Below are positions 23,455-35,747 of a stretch of DNA of 64,000 nt, piece by piece; the stretch's first letter is position 1, and every line of letters begins with the position of its first letter. Both the position numbers and the translations under genes were made by a program. This stretch comes from Hyaloraphidium curvatum SAG 235-1 (Eukaryota > Fungi > Monoblepharomycota). Below the pieces are notes generated by a model. The model was not told the DNA's origin, did not search any database, and was given only the letters and a program-made list of their open reading frames with translations. The DNA lies in NCBI GenBank assembly GCA_025558095.1, contig JAIVFI010000019.1, positions 372,001 to 436,000 on the forward strand, written 5' to 3'.

Positions 23455-25235
23455 TCATGCCACGGGGACAGCCTGCATCGCCCGCCACATGTCGTCCTGG
23501 TACGCCTCCAAATGATCTTTGAGGCTCTCGTAGTCTTCGTGAATCGCGGCCATTTCGCCCTCCATCTGCTTCCGCAGCTCCGCGGTCTGTGTCGGTGGAC
23601 GAATCAGACTTGCGACCGCGTGCCGCCTCGCGCAATCTTTACCTTGGCTTCCATCTCCTCTGCGATACGCCTATTTTGGTCGATCTTGAGCTGCACATTC
23701 TGCCGCTCCAGCGAGATCGCGCTGTACTCTTCCTTGAGCTTCTTGAGCTTGATCTCGGCCGCCTCGCGCTTCATGCCCTGGTGTCGTTGCAGCCTCTGCA
23801 CCTTCTCCTGTGCCGTCACCACCTGACGCTTCAGTTGCTGCAACACGAGGCGATCAGCTCGATTCAACAGACAATCCGGTGTCCACCCTACCGTCTCCTT
23901 GACCATGAGGTCGCGAAGTGTTGCACTCTTCTTCTCGATCTTGTCCTTATCATCATGGACCTTTTTGAGCGTTTCGTCTGCCCGCTTCATCTCCGACTCG
24001 CACTCTTTCATCGCATCAATGCAGGGCACGAGGTCCTAGTCCGGCATGTGAATTAGTGCGGCGGTGGTAGCGAGCCTGCGGCTCGTTCGTACCTGCTCGA
24101 TCGAGCCAAACATGTCGAGCTTCGCTTGAAGCTCCCGAGCCTTCTTTTCGAGCGCAACGAGATTGTTCTTCTCCGTCTGGAGGGCTGTCCCCATGTCCAC
24201 GATGCTCTGTAATCAAAGATGGTCAGAATTCCACTCGCTCACGCACACCGGCTCATCGGTGCTCACCTGCTTCAGCTTTTCGGGATTCGGCACGATCCGG
24301 GACTTCAGTCGCACGATCTCCTGCTTCGTCGAGGTGATTTGCAGGTTGATGGCGTTCTGCAGGTGAAGTGACAAGTCAGAACGTCCGCGGGCAAACAGTT
24401 GGACATGCCCACCAGTTGGTCCACGAGGTCGCTCTTCTCCTTCTTGGCCGCTTCCACCTCGTCGTTCAGCTGGCCGTTCTGCTTCTTCAGCTGGCGGAGG
24501 TCGTTGGTTAGCTGGGTGTTGATCTCTTTTGCCTTCCGGATCGACGGCTCCTGCTCGGCGCGTTGCATTCTGTAGAGAGTGGAAGGTTATGAAATGCCTC
24601 ACAGCTCGCGGGCTACGTCCCACCTAAGGGCATTGACCCTGGCCTCCAGCTCCTGGTGCTTCATCTCCAGCGCGTGACGTTGCTCTTCCAACTCGTCCTG
24701 AAAGCATATCATGGATCAGAGCGGGAGCATGGTCCACACGCCGCAGGCAACTGACGGCTTTCTGGGTGCACTGCTCGTAGACCGACATGCGCTCCTCCCG
24801 GAACTTGGCAAAGTTGATGACGGCGCTGAGGACCCGCCGCAGCTGCGGAGCCTCTGGCCGGATGAGGTCCCGAATGCTAAAGTTCTCCACCCCGACCTTC
24901 GACATGAGCTTCGAGCGCCTGCGATTGCGCGTTGGACTGGTTCCCGTACACGGCCCCGCCGCAACTCACAGCTGCTTGTAGAATCCCAGCGCCGAGATGG
25001 CCTCCATGTGCAGGTCAGGGTACTCCAAGCTCTGGAGCACGTTGAAGCTGGGCTGACTGAACTGCTCCCGCGTCACGCCCATGAGGAAGTCCGTGAAGGT
25101 CTCGTAGAGCTGCACCACGCGCTGCGGCGTGGGCTTCGTGAGGTCCTCCTCCGTAAAGGGGATCTGCAGGTCCGCCAGGCATTGCAGGATTTCCGCGTTG
25201 CGGAGGATCGGGAACGAGTATTTCGGGTTCTGCAT
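23455..25235 (-). CDS. NUF2: Kinetochore protein Nuf2; multi-exon, start approximate
   Basis: YSFPIL..EIL..L; FSIRDLIRPEAPQLRRVLSAVINFAKFREE; LKSRIVPNPEKLK; long coiled coil. Confidence 0.88.
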
Positions 25236-25502
25236 CGGGTCGCGTGGGACGGGGTCCGGCGCGGTGTGGTTTCCCGGCCGCGTCCGAGCCGTGTTTGCCC
25301 GGCCCGCCTGCGACCTGCGGCTCGAGGACGCTGCGCCGAAGGCTACGCGACGTTCCCCGAGGGCCGAGGGAGTCTGCGGCGTCAAGCGAATTCGTGCTGA
25401 AGGAAGAGAGGGGCCAAAAACACCGCGAGTCCCAGCACCGCAACACACTGTGCACGGACATGTGGGCACCGTAGGACAATTCCATTGCAATTCAATCTTC
25501 TA

Positions 25503-25558
25503 CAATGACGCTGTGCCGTCCCGGGCAACTCAATGACACTGTGCCGCCCCGGGCAACT
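25503..25558. repeat. 28-bp tandem duplication (2 copies, 2 mismatches)
   Basis: caatgacgctgtgccgtcccgggcaact followed by caatgacactgtgccgccccgggcaact. Confidence 0.9.
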
Positions 25559-25642
25559 CGAGATCGCATGCCCCAGAGGCTGTCCGAACCTGAAGTCAGA
25601 ACCGCATTACCGTGTCACAGAATGTCAAATCAACCACTGCCG

Positions 25643-26591
25643 TCAATACAATAGCAGGGCTACGATGACCAGAATGCCCAGCATAAGGAACAGGCGCGAG
25701 AGGAATGCCTGCTGGGAGGCCAGGTCGTTCTGTCCGGTCCGATCGCCGAAACCCTGCGGGCCTCCGATCGTAAACTCCATGCCAAAGAAGCTGGGGAAGA
25801 GACCGAACCCGGCCGACATTGCAAAGGCGTTCCCGCCGGCCGAGGCGTGGAAGGGTCCCGGGAAGAGCCCGCCGCCAAAGGGGAACATGCGCTGCGGTTC
25901 CGGCTCCGGGCGCCGTCCCTGCGGGCGCGGCTCGGATCTCGTCCGCGGATCCGTCTTCTTGGATCCGCGCGCGTACACCGGAATCACCTGCGGGGTCTGT
26001 GTGAGGCGGGTCGAAACCAGAAAGCACGCGAGTGACACCCACGTTCTCCTTCTTGACCCCGGCTTTGCAGACCGGGCAAACGACAGACGTGGCGAGCCAC
26101 CTCGCCAAACAGCTCCAGCAGAAGAGGTGACCTTGTTTGGAGGCCGGTCAGCACGTCCGCTCTTGATGAGTTGCGGTGGAACACCCACCGCAGAGCGTGA
26201 CGACCGGATCCGCCGCGGTCTCAAAGCAGACATTGCACTCAAAGTCGGCCCCCTCGTCCTGCGATTTCGTGGACGACGGCCGCGGGCTGTCCGGTGTCTG
26301 GTTGTCCGCGGCCGCCTCCCGCTCCGACCCGCCGGACTCGGCAGGGGCCGGAGACGGGGGCCCCTTCCCCTTCGACGCCGCGATGCGGTCAGCCCGCAGG
26401 TCCTCCCGCAGGTTGCTGGGGCCCGCCCGCTGCCTCAGCTCGTCCGCGGTCAGGTGGAACCGCGACGACGCGGAGCCGGAAGTCCGCGGCCCGTCGTCTC
26501 CGGGGGCTCCTTCCGCGGCGCCTTCCGAGCCCGAGCCGCGGCGGAAGTGTCCTCGCGACGACGAGGCGTCATTCGACCCGTCGTCGCTCAT
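25643..26591 (-). CDS. RNF5/RNF185-like membrane RING E3 ligase; multi-exon
   Basis: [49 protein letters not shown]-terminal [20 protein letters not shown] anchor. Confidence 0.9.
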
Positions 26592-26694
26592 TCCAAAGGC
26601 ACCGGAAGTGACGTCGATCTGTTCGTCGGACTGATCACCGCGCCTTAGCGAACACGACTCGGTCCACACAGACCGCGGACCAGTTTACACGACA

Positions 26695-27492
26695 ATGCTG
26701 ACCGCATCGCGACGCTACATCGGGCCCCTGACCGCGTGCGCGCGGAGTCGGGGCCCGGCCTCCCTCGCTGCGGCCGTCGCACGCCCCCGGACTCAATCGA
26801 TCCATGTGGACGCGCTTGAGGCTCCGGCGCGTTCTCGGGCCCGGACGTCGCCGGCTTGCGCGTTTCTGGTGACCGGACGTCCAAAACCACCGCTGGCCGG
26901 CTTCGCAGTGGCCCGTCAGCTCGCGATTCGGGGCTACGCCGCGGACCGTCTCCAACGGCCAATGCCGCGGTGGCTGCAGGCCGGGTTCAAGGCACCGTCG
27001 GCCCGGAATCAGAGGCTGCTCGCTGCTGCGGTGGGCACCATCTGGCTCTACGCGCTGTACTGGTACTACATGCACGGGAAGCGGACGGTACGTCGCGCTG
27101 GAGCTTTCTTCCCGGCACCGGCTGGACCGACCTTGGATTGCTCCCAGACCTCCGTTTTCAAGACGATCATGTTCGTGCTCAAGCAGGACGCGAGAACGAG
27201 GGAGCTTGTGGGCGACGGGATCCAGCAGAGCTGGACGCAGTACGTGGGCGGCTCTCTCAACGAGATCCACGGCAAGGTGGGGTCCCCGAATTGCTTCGAT
27301 TTCCGTTCCCGAGATCTCATGGTTTGCCCCTAGGCCGATTGCACCTTCACCGTGACGGGGAGCAAAGGCTCGGCCTCGGTCCACGTGGTTGCCCGGCGGG
27401 AGCAATCGCGGGGCTCTCCGTGGACTTTCCTGACCTTCGACGTCACGAAGGACGGCAAAACCGTCTCCCTGGTAGAGGCAGCTGCTGCATAG
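26695..27492 (+). CDS. Cytochrome c oxidase assembly factor Coa1-like (Tim21/Coa1 fold)
   Basis: Arg-rich presequence, one TM helix, then FVLKQDARTRELVGDGI..GSLNEIHGK/ADCTFTVTGSKGSASVH..W. Confidence 0.7.
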
Positions 27493-27581
27493 TAGTTCAT
27501 CGATCTCCATTCTCCAACACAACTCTATAGAAGCATAAAGCTGATTACCCCGCGCACCTCTACCATGCTATCATTCAGCGA

Positions 27582-29394
27582 TCATGCCCTGTCGAGGACT
27601 CCAGTTAGCAAAACAGTTCTAGCAGGTCCCGCAAGGCGCTATCTCACCATGCGTTTACCTAAACGGCGCAAAGGGGGAAGAGACGGAGGTCAAACCACAA
27701 GAACCGGAAATCCATACCAGACACCAACCATGAACTTCTGCACAGCAAGCAGGGCCTGATAGCGAACGTCCGGGTTGTCCGAGGTCATCAGCTCCATGAT
27801 CCGCGTCTTGGCGCCGATCTCCTGGACGAGCTTCTTGCCCTGCGGGTAGTACTTGACGTACTGTCCGATGTCGTTGGCGGCGACCGCTAGCGTTTGCGGG
27901 TCCGTGGAAGTGGCGAGGAGCTTCGCCAGGATACTACAAGAACGCGTTAGGCACATTCCCGCGGAAGCCAGCAGGCAGCCGTAGCGCACCGAACAATCTC
28001 CGAGTCCTTCTCGCTCAGCTTCGACCCGTTGATCTTCCAGAAGGCGTCGGACTGGTGCGTCGGCGACCAGTCGAGCTTGCCCGACTTGACCTCGGCCTCG
28101 TACTCGTCCCAAGTCCTGCGGAGGGAACTTCAATCCGCCGCCCGCCACGCGGATGCCCGGCAAGCCCACGTGAGGTTGGCCACGTTCTTCGCCAGCTCGC
28201 TCTTCAGGAAGTCGATGTCCTCCACGATCTCCGGGTCCGTCCACTTCCTCGCGCTCAGGTTGTCGAGGAAGGGCAGCACCTTGGCGCCGATCATGGGCAG
28301 GATGGTGGCCGACGGCGCCCGCACGACCATGTTTTTGAAGGTGGCCAGCACGACGCGGACGACCTTCTCCTTCAGCGCCGCCTTGGCCACGTCCGTGAAG
28401 ATCGGGATCAGCCCGAGCCGGGGCTGCATGTCCGCAGCCACCTCCGGGACGAAGGAAAGGAGCCAGAAGCAGTAGCAGATCTGGTACTGCATCTGCGCGT
28501 TGGGGCTCCCCGTTCGGAGGACGTCCAGGAGCCTGTCCGGGGCACGTTTGTCAGGCCCACTCTCAGGCCGCCGGACGCGACAACGTGCTCACGCAGGAAC
28601 TAGGGTGGCGTGCTTGTAGACGGTTGCCCGAATCGGCACGGGTGCGAGGACGAGCCCGGCGAACTGCACGGCCAGGTCCTGGATCTGGGGGTTGGGGCTC
28701 TTGACGTTGAAGGCGAGCCAGTCGTAGAGCGGTGCCAGGTCGACGGCGGGGACGGTCGAGGAGTAGCTGGGCAGTCATTGAACACGTCAAGCTCGCGATG
28801 CTGAGGGCAGGGCACGGATGAACCCACGAGATGATGGCAGAGGCGACCTTGGCAGCCTCGACCTGCGTGAACTCATCCGCGGAACCCAGAGCCCTGGCAG
28901 GGACCGCGTTCGGATCAAACGAGCCACGGCAACGTCCGACCACGACGCACTTCAGCAGGGGCCCGTACGGCAGCGATGCGTCCGAGGACCCTAGGTCCGC
29001 GAACAGATTGGCCGCCGTGACGTTGGCTGCGTTCCGCACCCCGATCAGCGAGCGCCCGCGATGGCCCGGCCTCCGCAAGCTCACACGACAGGATGTCGTC
29101 CAGCGTGACGAGGATGTACTGCTGCGTGTCTGTGCGCGCCACCTTGCCCAGGATGCCCAGCAGCGCCGACGCCACCGCCGGCGAGGGCGGTGCCGGCGCC
29201 ACGTACGCCTTGACGACGTCGGCCTCGGCGGCCGAGATGAGCCCGGCGTTCGCGTAGCCCTGCGGGGCGTCAGCGGCGTCGGGCGGGGAATGCGAGGCGC
29301 CCACCTGCCACGGCGCGGGCGTCGCGCGCACCGCCGCCGCCGTGCCGTCCAGGAACTGGTTGTGCGACCCGACGATGAAGCTGAGGTCCGCCAT
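27582..29394 (-). CDS. VMA13: V-type ATPase V1 subunit H; multi-exon
   Basis: QMQYQICYCFWLLSF, KEKVVRV, RKWTDPEI, WDEYEAEVKSGKLDWSPTHQSDAFWK, AVAANDIGQYV, VRYQALLAVQKFM. Confidence 0.95.
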
Positions 29395-29727
29395 CGCGAG
29401 GCGATGCCGCGTCCGCTGGCTTCACGGACAGAGGGCGCGGAGAGGCGATGTGGCGGCGGGTTCGCCAGAAGTCAGATTCTCAACCAATCATGCAATCTGG
29501 GGCCAATTTCCCAAGAAAGTCCGAAATTCAATCCGTCAATCAGTGTCGAATCCTAAGCGGCATTCAACAAAACCGAGCCGTGTGAAACGGCAACGCTGGC
29601 CCGGCCTGCACGGCTTGTCCGCGTAGCCTCGCAGTCTATTGCGTTTGCAAGCTTCTCCTTCGCACGACCCCGGCCCGCGGCCTGCTTCGCGCCCCGGACG
29701 TCCCGGATCCGGGGCATCTCCACCGCG

Positions 29728-31644
29728 ATGGACTCGCGCGAGGACCTGAACGCGCGGATCACCGCGCAGGGCAACAAAGTCCGCCAGCTCAAGTCGCAAA
29801 AGGCGGAAAAGGCCGCGATCGACGCCGAGGTCGCCGCCCTGCTGGCCCTGAAGGCGGAGCTGCAGAAGCTGGACCTGGCGGCGAAGGCGCCGAACGGCGC
29901 CGCCAAGGAGGAGGACAACGATGAGGGCGGCTTCCAGCTCAAAACGCCGAAGGTGGCCATCGGTCTTGCAGTCTGCATGGGGACTGGATCCTGAGCTGCG
30001 TCCGGTTGCCAGGGGACCAAGGACTACCGCCCCGAGGAGATGGCCCTGCGCCAAAAGATCTTTGGCACCATCGTGAAGGTCTTCAAGCGCCACGGCGGCG
30101 TCACGATCGACACTCCCGTCTTTGAGCGGAGGGTGGGTGGACCGCCCTTCATGTCGGATCGGAGCTGATGGTCTTGGGGCAGGAAATCCTCGCGGGCAAG
30201 TACGGCGAGGACTCCAAGCTCATCTACGACCTCTCGGATCAGGGGGGCGAGCTCTGCTCGCTCCGCTACGACCTCACCGTGCCCTTTGCCCGCTTCCTCG
30301 CCATGAACCCGACCAGCTTCCAGAACATCCGCCGCTACCACATCGCAAAGGTGTACCGCCGGGACCAGCCCAGTGTGACCAAAGGCCGGATGAGGGAGTT
30401 TTTCCAGTGTGTCGGTATCTGTTGCCTTGGTATCCCGAGTGTCGCTCACTTTCTTCCCAGGACTTTGACATTGCCGGGAAGTACGACACGATGCTGCCGG
30501 ACTCTGAGGTCCTGACGATCGTGGTGGAGGCGCTGCGGGAGCTGGAGATTGGATCCTTCACCGTCAAGGTGAACCACCGCAAGATCCTCGACGGGATGTT
30601 CGAGGTGTGCGGCGTGCCGCCGGCAAAGTTCCGGACCATCAGCAGCGCAGTGGACAAACTCGACAAGGTGCGGCCATGCGGTCGCTGCCCTCGAGCGTCC
30701 CGCTCATTCGTTCATTGTCGCAGACGCCGTGGAACGAGGTGCGCAGGGAGATGACGGAGGAGAAGGGGCTTCCGGAGGACGTTGCGGACAAGATCGGCGT
30801 CTTTGTCCAGAAAAAGGGCGGGCCCGAACTCGTCCAGGAGCTCCTCGCCGACCCGCAGCTCAGCGCAAATGCGAGGGCAAGGGAGGGCATCGAGGAGATG
30901 GGTTTGCTGATGAAGTACCTTTCCATTTTCGGCGTGGTGGACCAAGTGGGTTCCGTTCGTGCAGCCCGCGTAACGGGGATTGATCGCTCCTTCCCTGTAA
31001 CGTGCGGCAGATATCCTTTGACCTTTCCCTGGCTCGCGGCCTCGATTACTACACCGGCCTCATCTTCGAGGCCATTTTCAACAACCCCCCGGCCGGAGCC
31101 GGCCACGACGAGGAAATCGTGGGCGTCGGATCGATTGCGGGAGGCGGCCGCTACGACGACCTCGTCGGCATGTTCTCGGGGGGCAAGAAGATCCCGTGCT
31201 GTGGGCTGTCGCTCGGCGTGGAGCGGATCTACTCCATCATGCTGCGCAAGGCGCAGCTGGACAAGATCAAGGCCAACGAGCTGCAGGTCCACGTGATCGG
31301 CGTCGGCGACGGCGTTTTGGAGGAGCGGATGAAGATATGCAGGGAGCTCTGGGACGCAGGGATCAACGTAAGTTTGGCCGGCCTTGCATCCGCAGAGCTC
31401 GCGCAAACTCTCTCCGCCCCAGGCCTCTTTCACTTACAAGGTAAAGCCGAAGCTCCAGGTGCAGTTTGACGCGTGCGACGACGAGCGGATTCCTCTGTCG
31501 GTGATTGTTGGGAAGAACGAGATCGAGAAGGGCGAGGTGAAGATCAAGGACATGACGGTGAAGGACCAAACGGGCTCGGGGGGCACGACGATACCCAGAT
31601 CGGACATGGTCAGCGAGATTCGGGCCCGTTTGGCTGCGAAATAG
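29728..31644 (+). CDS. HTS1: Histidyl-tRNA synthetase with N-terminal WHEP domain; multi-exon
   Basis: QGNKVRQLK (WHEP), [51 protein letters not shown]. Confidence 0.97.
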
Positions 31645-31760
31645 ACTAGAAGAGAGGAGGAGGGAGGACAAAGTGATCGGGGAGCCCCCGCGGGACCACG
31701 GCACCGACACCCCTTTCCTTCTCCCCCCCCCCTCCAGCAGCAATGCTTCGTGGTGGAGCC

Positions 31761-32435
31761 ATGGAACGGAAACAGAGCGACGTCAACGCGGAGCGCGCAG
31801 AGAAGGACGCGGACGCGAGCAGCGTTACTGGAAGTGCCCACGGAAGCACCACGTCCACTTCGGTTCTTCGCGGGATCATTTCCCAATGGGGAGCGACGGC
31901 CGGTGTCGGCGTCGGGGTAGCCGGGTCATCCAACGCCCAGCTCATGGCGCGGCAGGTCCAGCTTCTGAGCAAGGAGAACACCCGACTTCTCCAGGAAGCG
32001 AACGCTGCAAAGGAAGAGGCGGTGGCTCAGGAACGCCGCGCTCAGACCCTGGAAGTCGATTACGACACCATGAGAGAGACGCTGGAGGCCGTGGAGGCGG
32101 AGCGCAACGCCTTGCAGGCCGAGCGCGACGCGCTGCGGATGGAGATGGACGCGGCCGCAAGGCGACTCGCTCGCTTGCTCAGCTCGCATTCGGATCCCCA
32201 CCGAGCATACAGAGGACACGAATGGGAGCCGGATTTCGCGAGATCGTCGTGCAATCTTTGCGACGAAGACTGGACGCTCTCGAGGAGGCGGCACCACTGT
32301 CGGTCATGCTCCAAGCTGGTTTGCGCGTCCTGCAGCTCCGCTCGCATTGCAGTCGGGCTGTTGGACGGCAAGATCGGCGCTCCGGATGGTGTGGTTGCGA
32401 GGGTCTGCGATTCCTGTGCCGGGGCGTCGCCCTGA
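31761..32435 (+). CDS. Small coiled-coil protein with C-terminal FYVE zinc finger
   Basis: WEPD, CxxC, RRRHHCRSC and RVCDSC are the canonical PI3P-binding FYVE signatures. Confidence 0.85.
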   Translation: MERKQSDVNAERAEKDADASSVTGSAHGSTTSTSVLRGIISQWGATAGVGVGVAGSSNAQLMARQVQLLSKENTRLLQEANAAKEEAVAQERRAQTLEVDYDTMRETLEAVEAERNALQAERDALRMEMDAAARRLARLLSSHSDPHRAYRGHEWEPDFARSSCNLCDEDWTLSRRRHHCRSCSKLVCASCSSARIAVGLLDGKIGAPDGVVARVCDSCAGASP

Positions 32436-32459
32436 TTTTGCAAGAGGACATTGCTGAAA

Positions 32460-35400
32460 CTAGAGGAGACTGTAGTGTTCTGCGACGGCGGATTTCGCTT
32501 TGAAATAAGCCTTGCGCGCATCACTCGAGAGCATATCGACAGCCGGTCCGTCCGCGAGAAACTCCGCGAGGGTGTTCTGCGCGTCCGGAGCGATTTTGCC
32601 GTCAGGCGTGAAGATCGACTGGGGATCATTCCCGCGCGCCGCCATCCACAGCACAAAGCTATTCACGGCCCTGCCTCCGGAAAGGGATCCGTCGAGCGCG
32701 AAACCGCCCGATGCGACCCCGCGGTCGCGTTCGAGCCTGGCAGCGTCATGGGCTCGGGTCACGAGGTCTCCCACGCTTTCCCCCAGCTTCCTGCAATAGT
32801 CCCAGGTCGCCTCGTCGGTGGTGGCTTCGTCCAGCGCGGTCGCATCCAGCAAGAGGAACAGCGTCATTTGGAAGCGCTTCCTGTGCACGGCAAAGAACTC
32901 CTCGTAGTCCGCAGCTGAAGAGCAATCGTGGGCGAGGGGAGCGCATACGATGGCCGACAGGACGCGGCGCTGTTCCGCGAGGATCTGCGAGACCAATTCG
33001 GGCTGGCCCACGCGCTCAGTCACAATCAGCTGGAAGACTTGCAGCATCGCAAGCAAGAGGGGGAATCCGACTTGGATCATCTGCTTCTTCTCTTCGGAAA
33101 GCCCCTCCGCGGGGAATGCCTCCGCCGGCGAGGCCGACAGATCCGGCGGAAACAGCCAGTCCACATGGTAGTCCTGCGCGGGATGCTTGGCGCTGCCACG
33201 TCTCTGAGCTCGGACTTCGGTCACGTAGCTGTCGACGCTCGGGGGAACGAGGTCGTGCATGGCCGCGAGTCGAACCGAGATGTCCGCGATGCTCGCAGCG
33301 CGAGCGACGCGGGGTTGGGACAAAGCCCGCGGCCTCGACATGGAGTCGCCTTTCGGCCTTTCCCGCAGCCGGGGCTTGGAGCTGGCAAAAAGATGTGTGT
33401 CGACGAAGGCAAAGGTTTCGGCAGGAACGGCTGCCATCAGGCGACGTGCCAAGACGTTGATGACGATTGAAATGAGCTTCAGGCGGCGGATATCCACCCG
33501 GTTGTGGCGCGTGTAGTCCCCGGGGAGCTGCAACTTCGTGACGAGCTTCATCAGCTCCGACAGCCAGGCGTAGGTCCGCTGGCCAAAGAGCACCGAAGCC
33601 AGCGAGGTCCGCTCCGTGTTGGCCATGTACTCCAAGTAGTTCGGCGAGCTCGTCCAAGTGTCGAAGGCGATGTTGAACGTGACGCGGGTCTCGACCCCAG
33701 AAAGAGGATTCTCGTTTCCAGTTACTTCGTCCTCGTAGTAGAGCATCGAGGGCGGGAGGGCGGTAGATGGGCCGTCCACCGGGGAGCTGCGTTGCCGCAC
33801 GATGCCGAGGATCTCGTGTGCCCGCAGATACTGCTGGGCGGCGTCCACGGTCATGCGGTTGGTTTCGATCATGTAGGCCGTGACCTCCGCAACGGCGTGG
33901 GGCGGGGCGCCCGCGGCAATGGCAATGTTGCGCGAGTGCAGCGACAGGTGGCCCCTGGCAAAGCGCGCAAGTCAGCGCCGGCACTGTTCGCAGGGCGAGA
34001 GAAACTCGCCGTTGTATGCCCTCGGTGGTCAGAGCACGCAGGGCGGCAAAGTTCTGCGCCAGGCCGACGCAGACCAGTATGCGAGAGAGTTGCTTCGCGT
34101 CCGGATTGCCCGCGATGTGCAGGTTGTAGCCGTACGTGGGATGAGTCTTGAGCACGCCGCCCTTTGTCCCAACAGCCAGGGGCAGCTCAAGCTCTCCCAT
34201 GAAAACGTCCTCGCCAGCTTCGTTCTTCTCGATCCAGTACTTGGTGAGCGCCTGGTACCGGCCCGATCGGCAGGCATACGCATGAGATGCGGCCTCGATC
34301 GCCCTCCAATCCTGACCAAGGGCGATGCAAACCGAGTCGATGCCGTTCTGGCGGCCGACGGGAACGATCAGGTTTCTCACGAGGGTAACTAACCCGGACG
34401 AGACGCACCATGATGCCCTTGTTGTGCGTGGTGGCCCGGTAAATGTCGTCGTTTGCCCAGCTGTTGGCCTCGATGATCCGTTCCGCCACCTGCGCCCCTT
34501 CGAACGACTTGTATCGCAGTTGAGCGACGGGAATCGCGAATCGGGCGCGGGAAAGGCGGTCCGTGCACAGGTTGGATACGATCCGCAGCCCGATGCGGCA
34601 GCGGAGCATCTCCTGCAGGAGTGGCGAGGTGCCCTCGGCCACCGTGCTGGCACAGTTTGCTCCCATGGCATCGCACACGTCAATCGAGAGCTGGACGACG
34701 AGCCACTCCTTCGAAAACTCCGAGCCCTTCGGTGACGGCGTGGTCCGCGGCACCCTGCGCACCTCCATGCCCACCACGCCGCCTCCACGATTGACCATGC
34801 TCTGGCAGTACTGGTTGGCGAGGGCAATGATGTTGGTTCTCTCCGCGTTCAGCTGCAGCAGGAGACGTCTCCGTTAGCCAAACACCGTAGCCTCCACAGT
34901 CAGTCGCTGTTGGCCACCTTGGCGATCGCCCTCTCCATCTGGGAATCGGGAATGTCGTGCAGCTGAATCTGGGCAAAAATGACGTTGCGGTCGGGTCCCG
35001 TGGCCGTGAATCCGCGGGGCGTCCCAAAGGTCGACATGGTTTTAGCGGCGCCGGAGACGGCAGCGATGACCGAGGGCTCCTCAACGGCCATCGGGATCGC
35101 CAGGGAGCGCCCATTGATCGTGAAGTTCAACGCCAGGCCCAGTGGAAGGCCCATGCAGCCGTAAGCATTCTCGATCATGTTGTTGGCGATCTTGAGATGT
35201 CGTTCGTTCCGGCGGACGTCGTACGTCCGTCAACCCGGTGTCTCGACCACGGAACGTCGGAGCCCACCTCGGGATCCAAGCCGTCAATTGGAAACTCGTC
35301 CTCGTCGCCATGGAACACGCTCGAGTCCTCCGTTGCCGCGTCAATGTCCTCCAGGCCGGAGGTGCTGCCGTCTTCCGGTCGTTTCCGCGGGAAGAGGTCG

Positions 35401-35528
35401 GGATACACCAGGCGGATCTGCCGCCGCCTCTCGGGCAGCGTCTTGCGATAGAACCCGCTCCAGATGTCATGATGCGCCGCCGATGGCCGCGCCGACGCGG
35501 AGGCGACGCCCTTCGTTCCGTTTTCCAT
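32460..35528 (-). CDS. Class II (prokaryote-type, MvaA-like) HMG-CoA reductase fused to a ~450-aa C-terminal region; 4 introns
   Basis: [85 protein letters not shown]. No membrane or sterol-sensing domain. Confidence 0.92.
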
Positions 35529-35747
35529 GGCGGGGCCGCTGGTCCCGGGTGGCGTCCTCTTCCGGTCGGGTGTTTGCGTCTCCTACGACTACCGCACCGA
35601 AGAAACGCTCAATCGGATTTCGCGCTCGATGAGCGACTAGAGATATAGGACCGGACGCTGGCACCGCGGGAAATGGGGAAGATGTGAAGGATTTTGAACA
35701 AGCCCGAAATTGGGCTGGGCAGGTGTCGTCCCATTCTCCCTACCACG

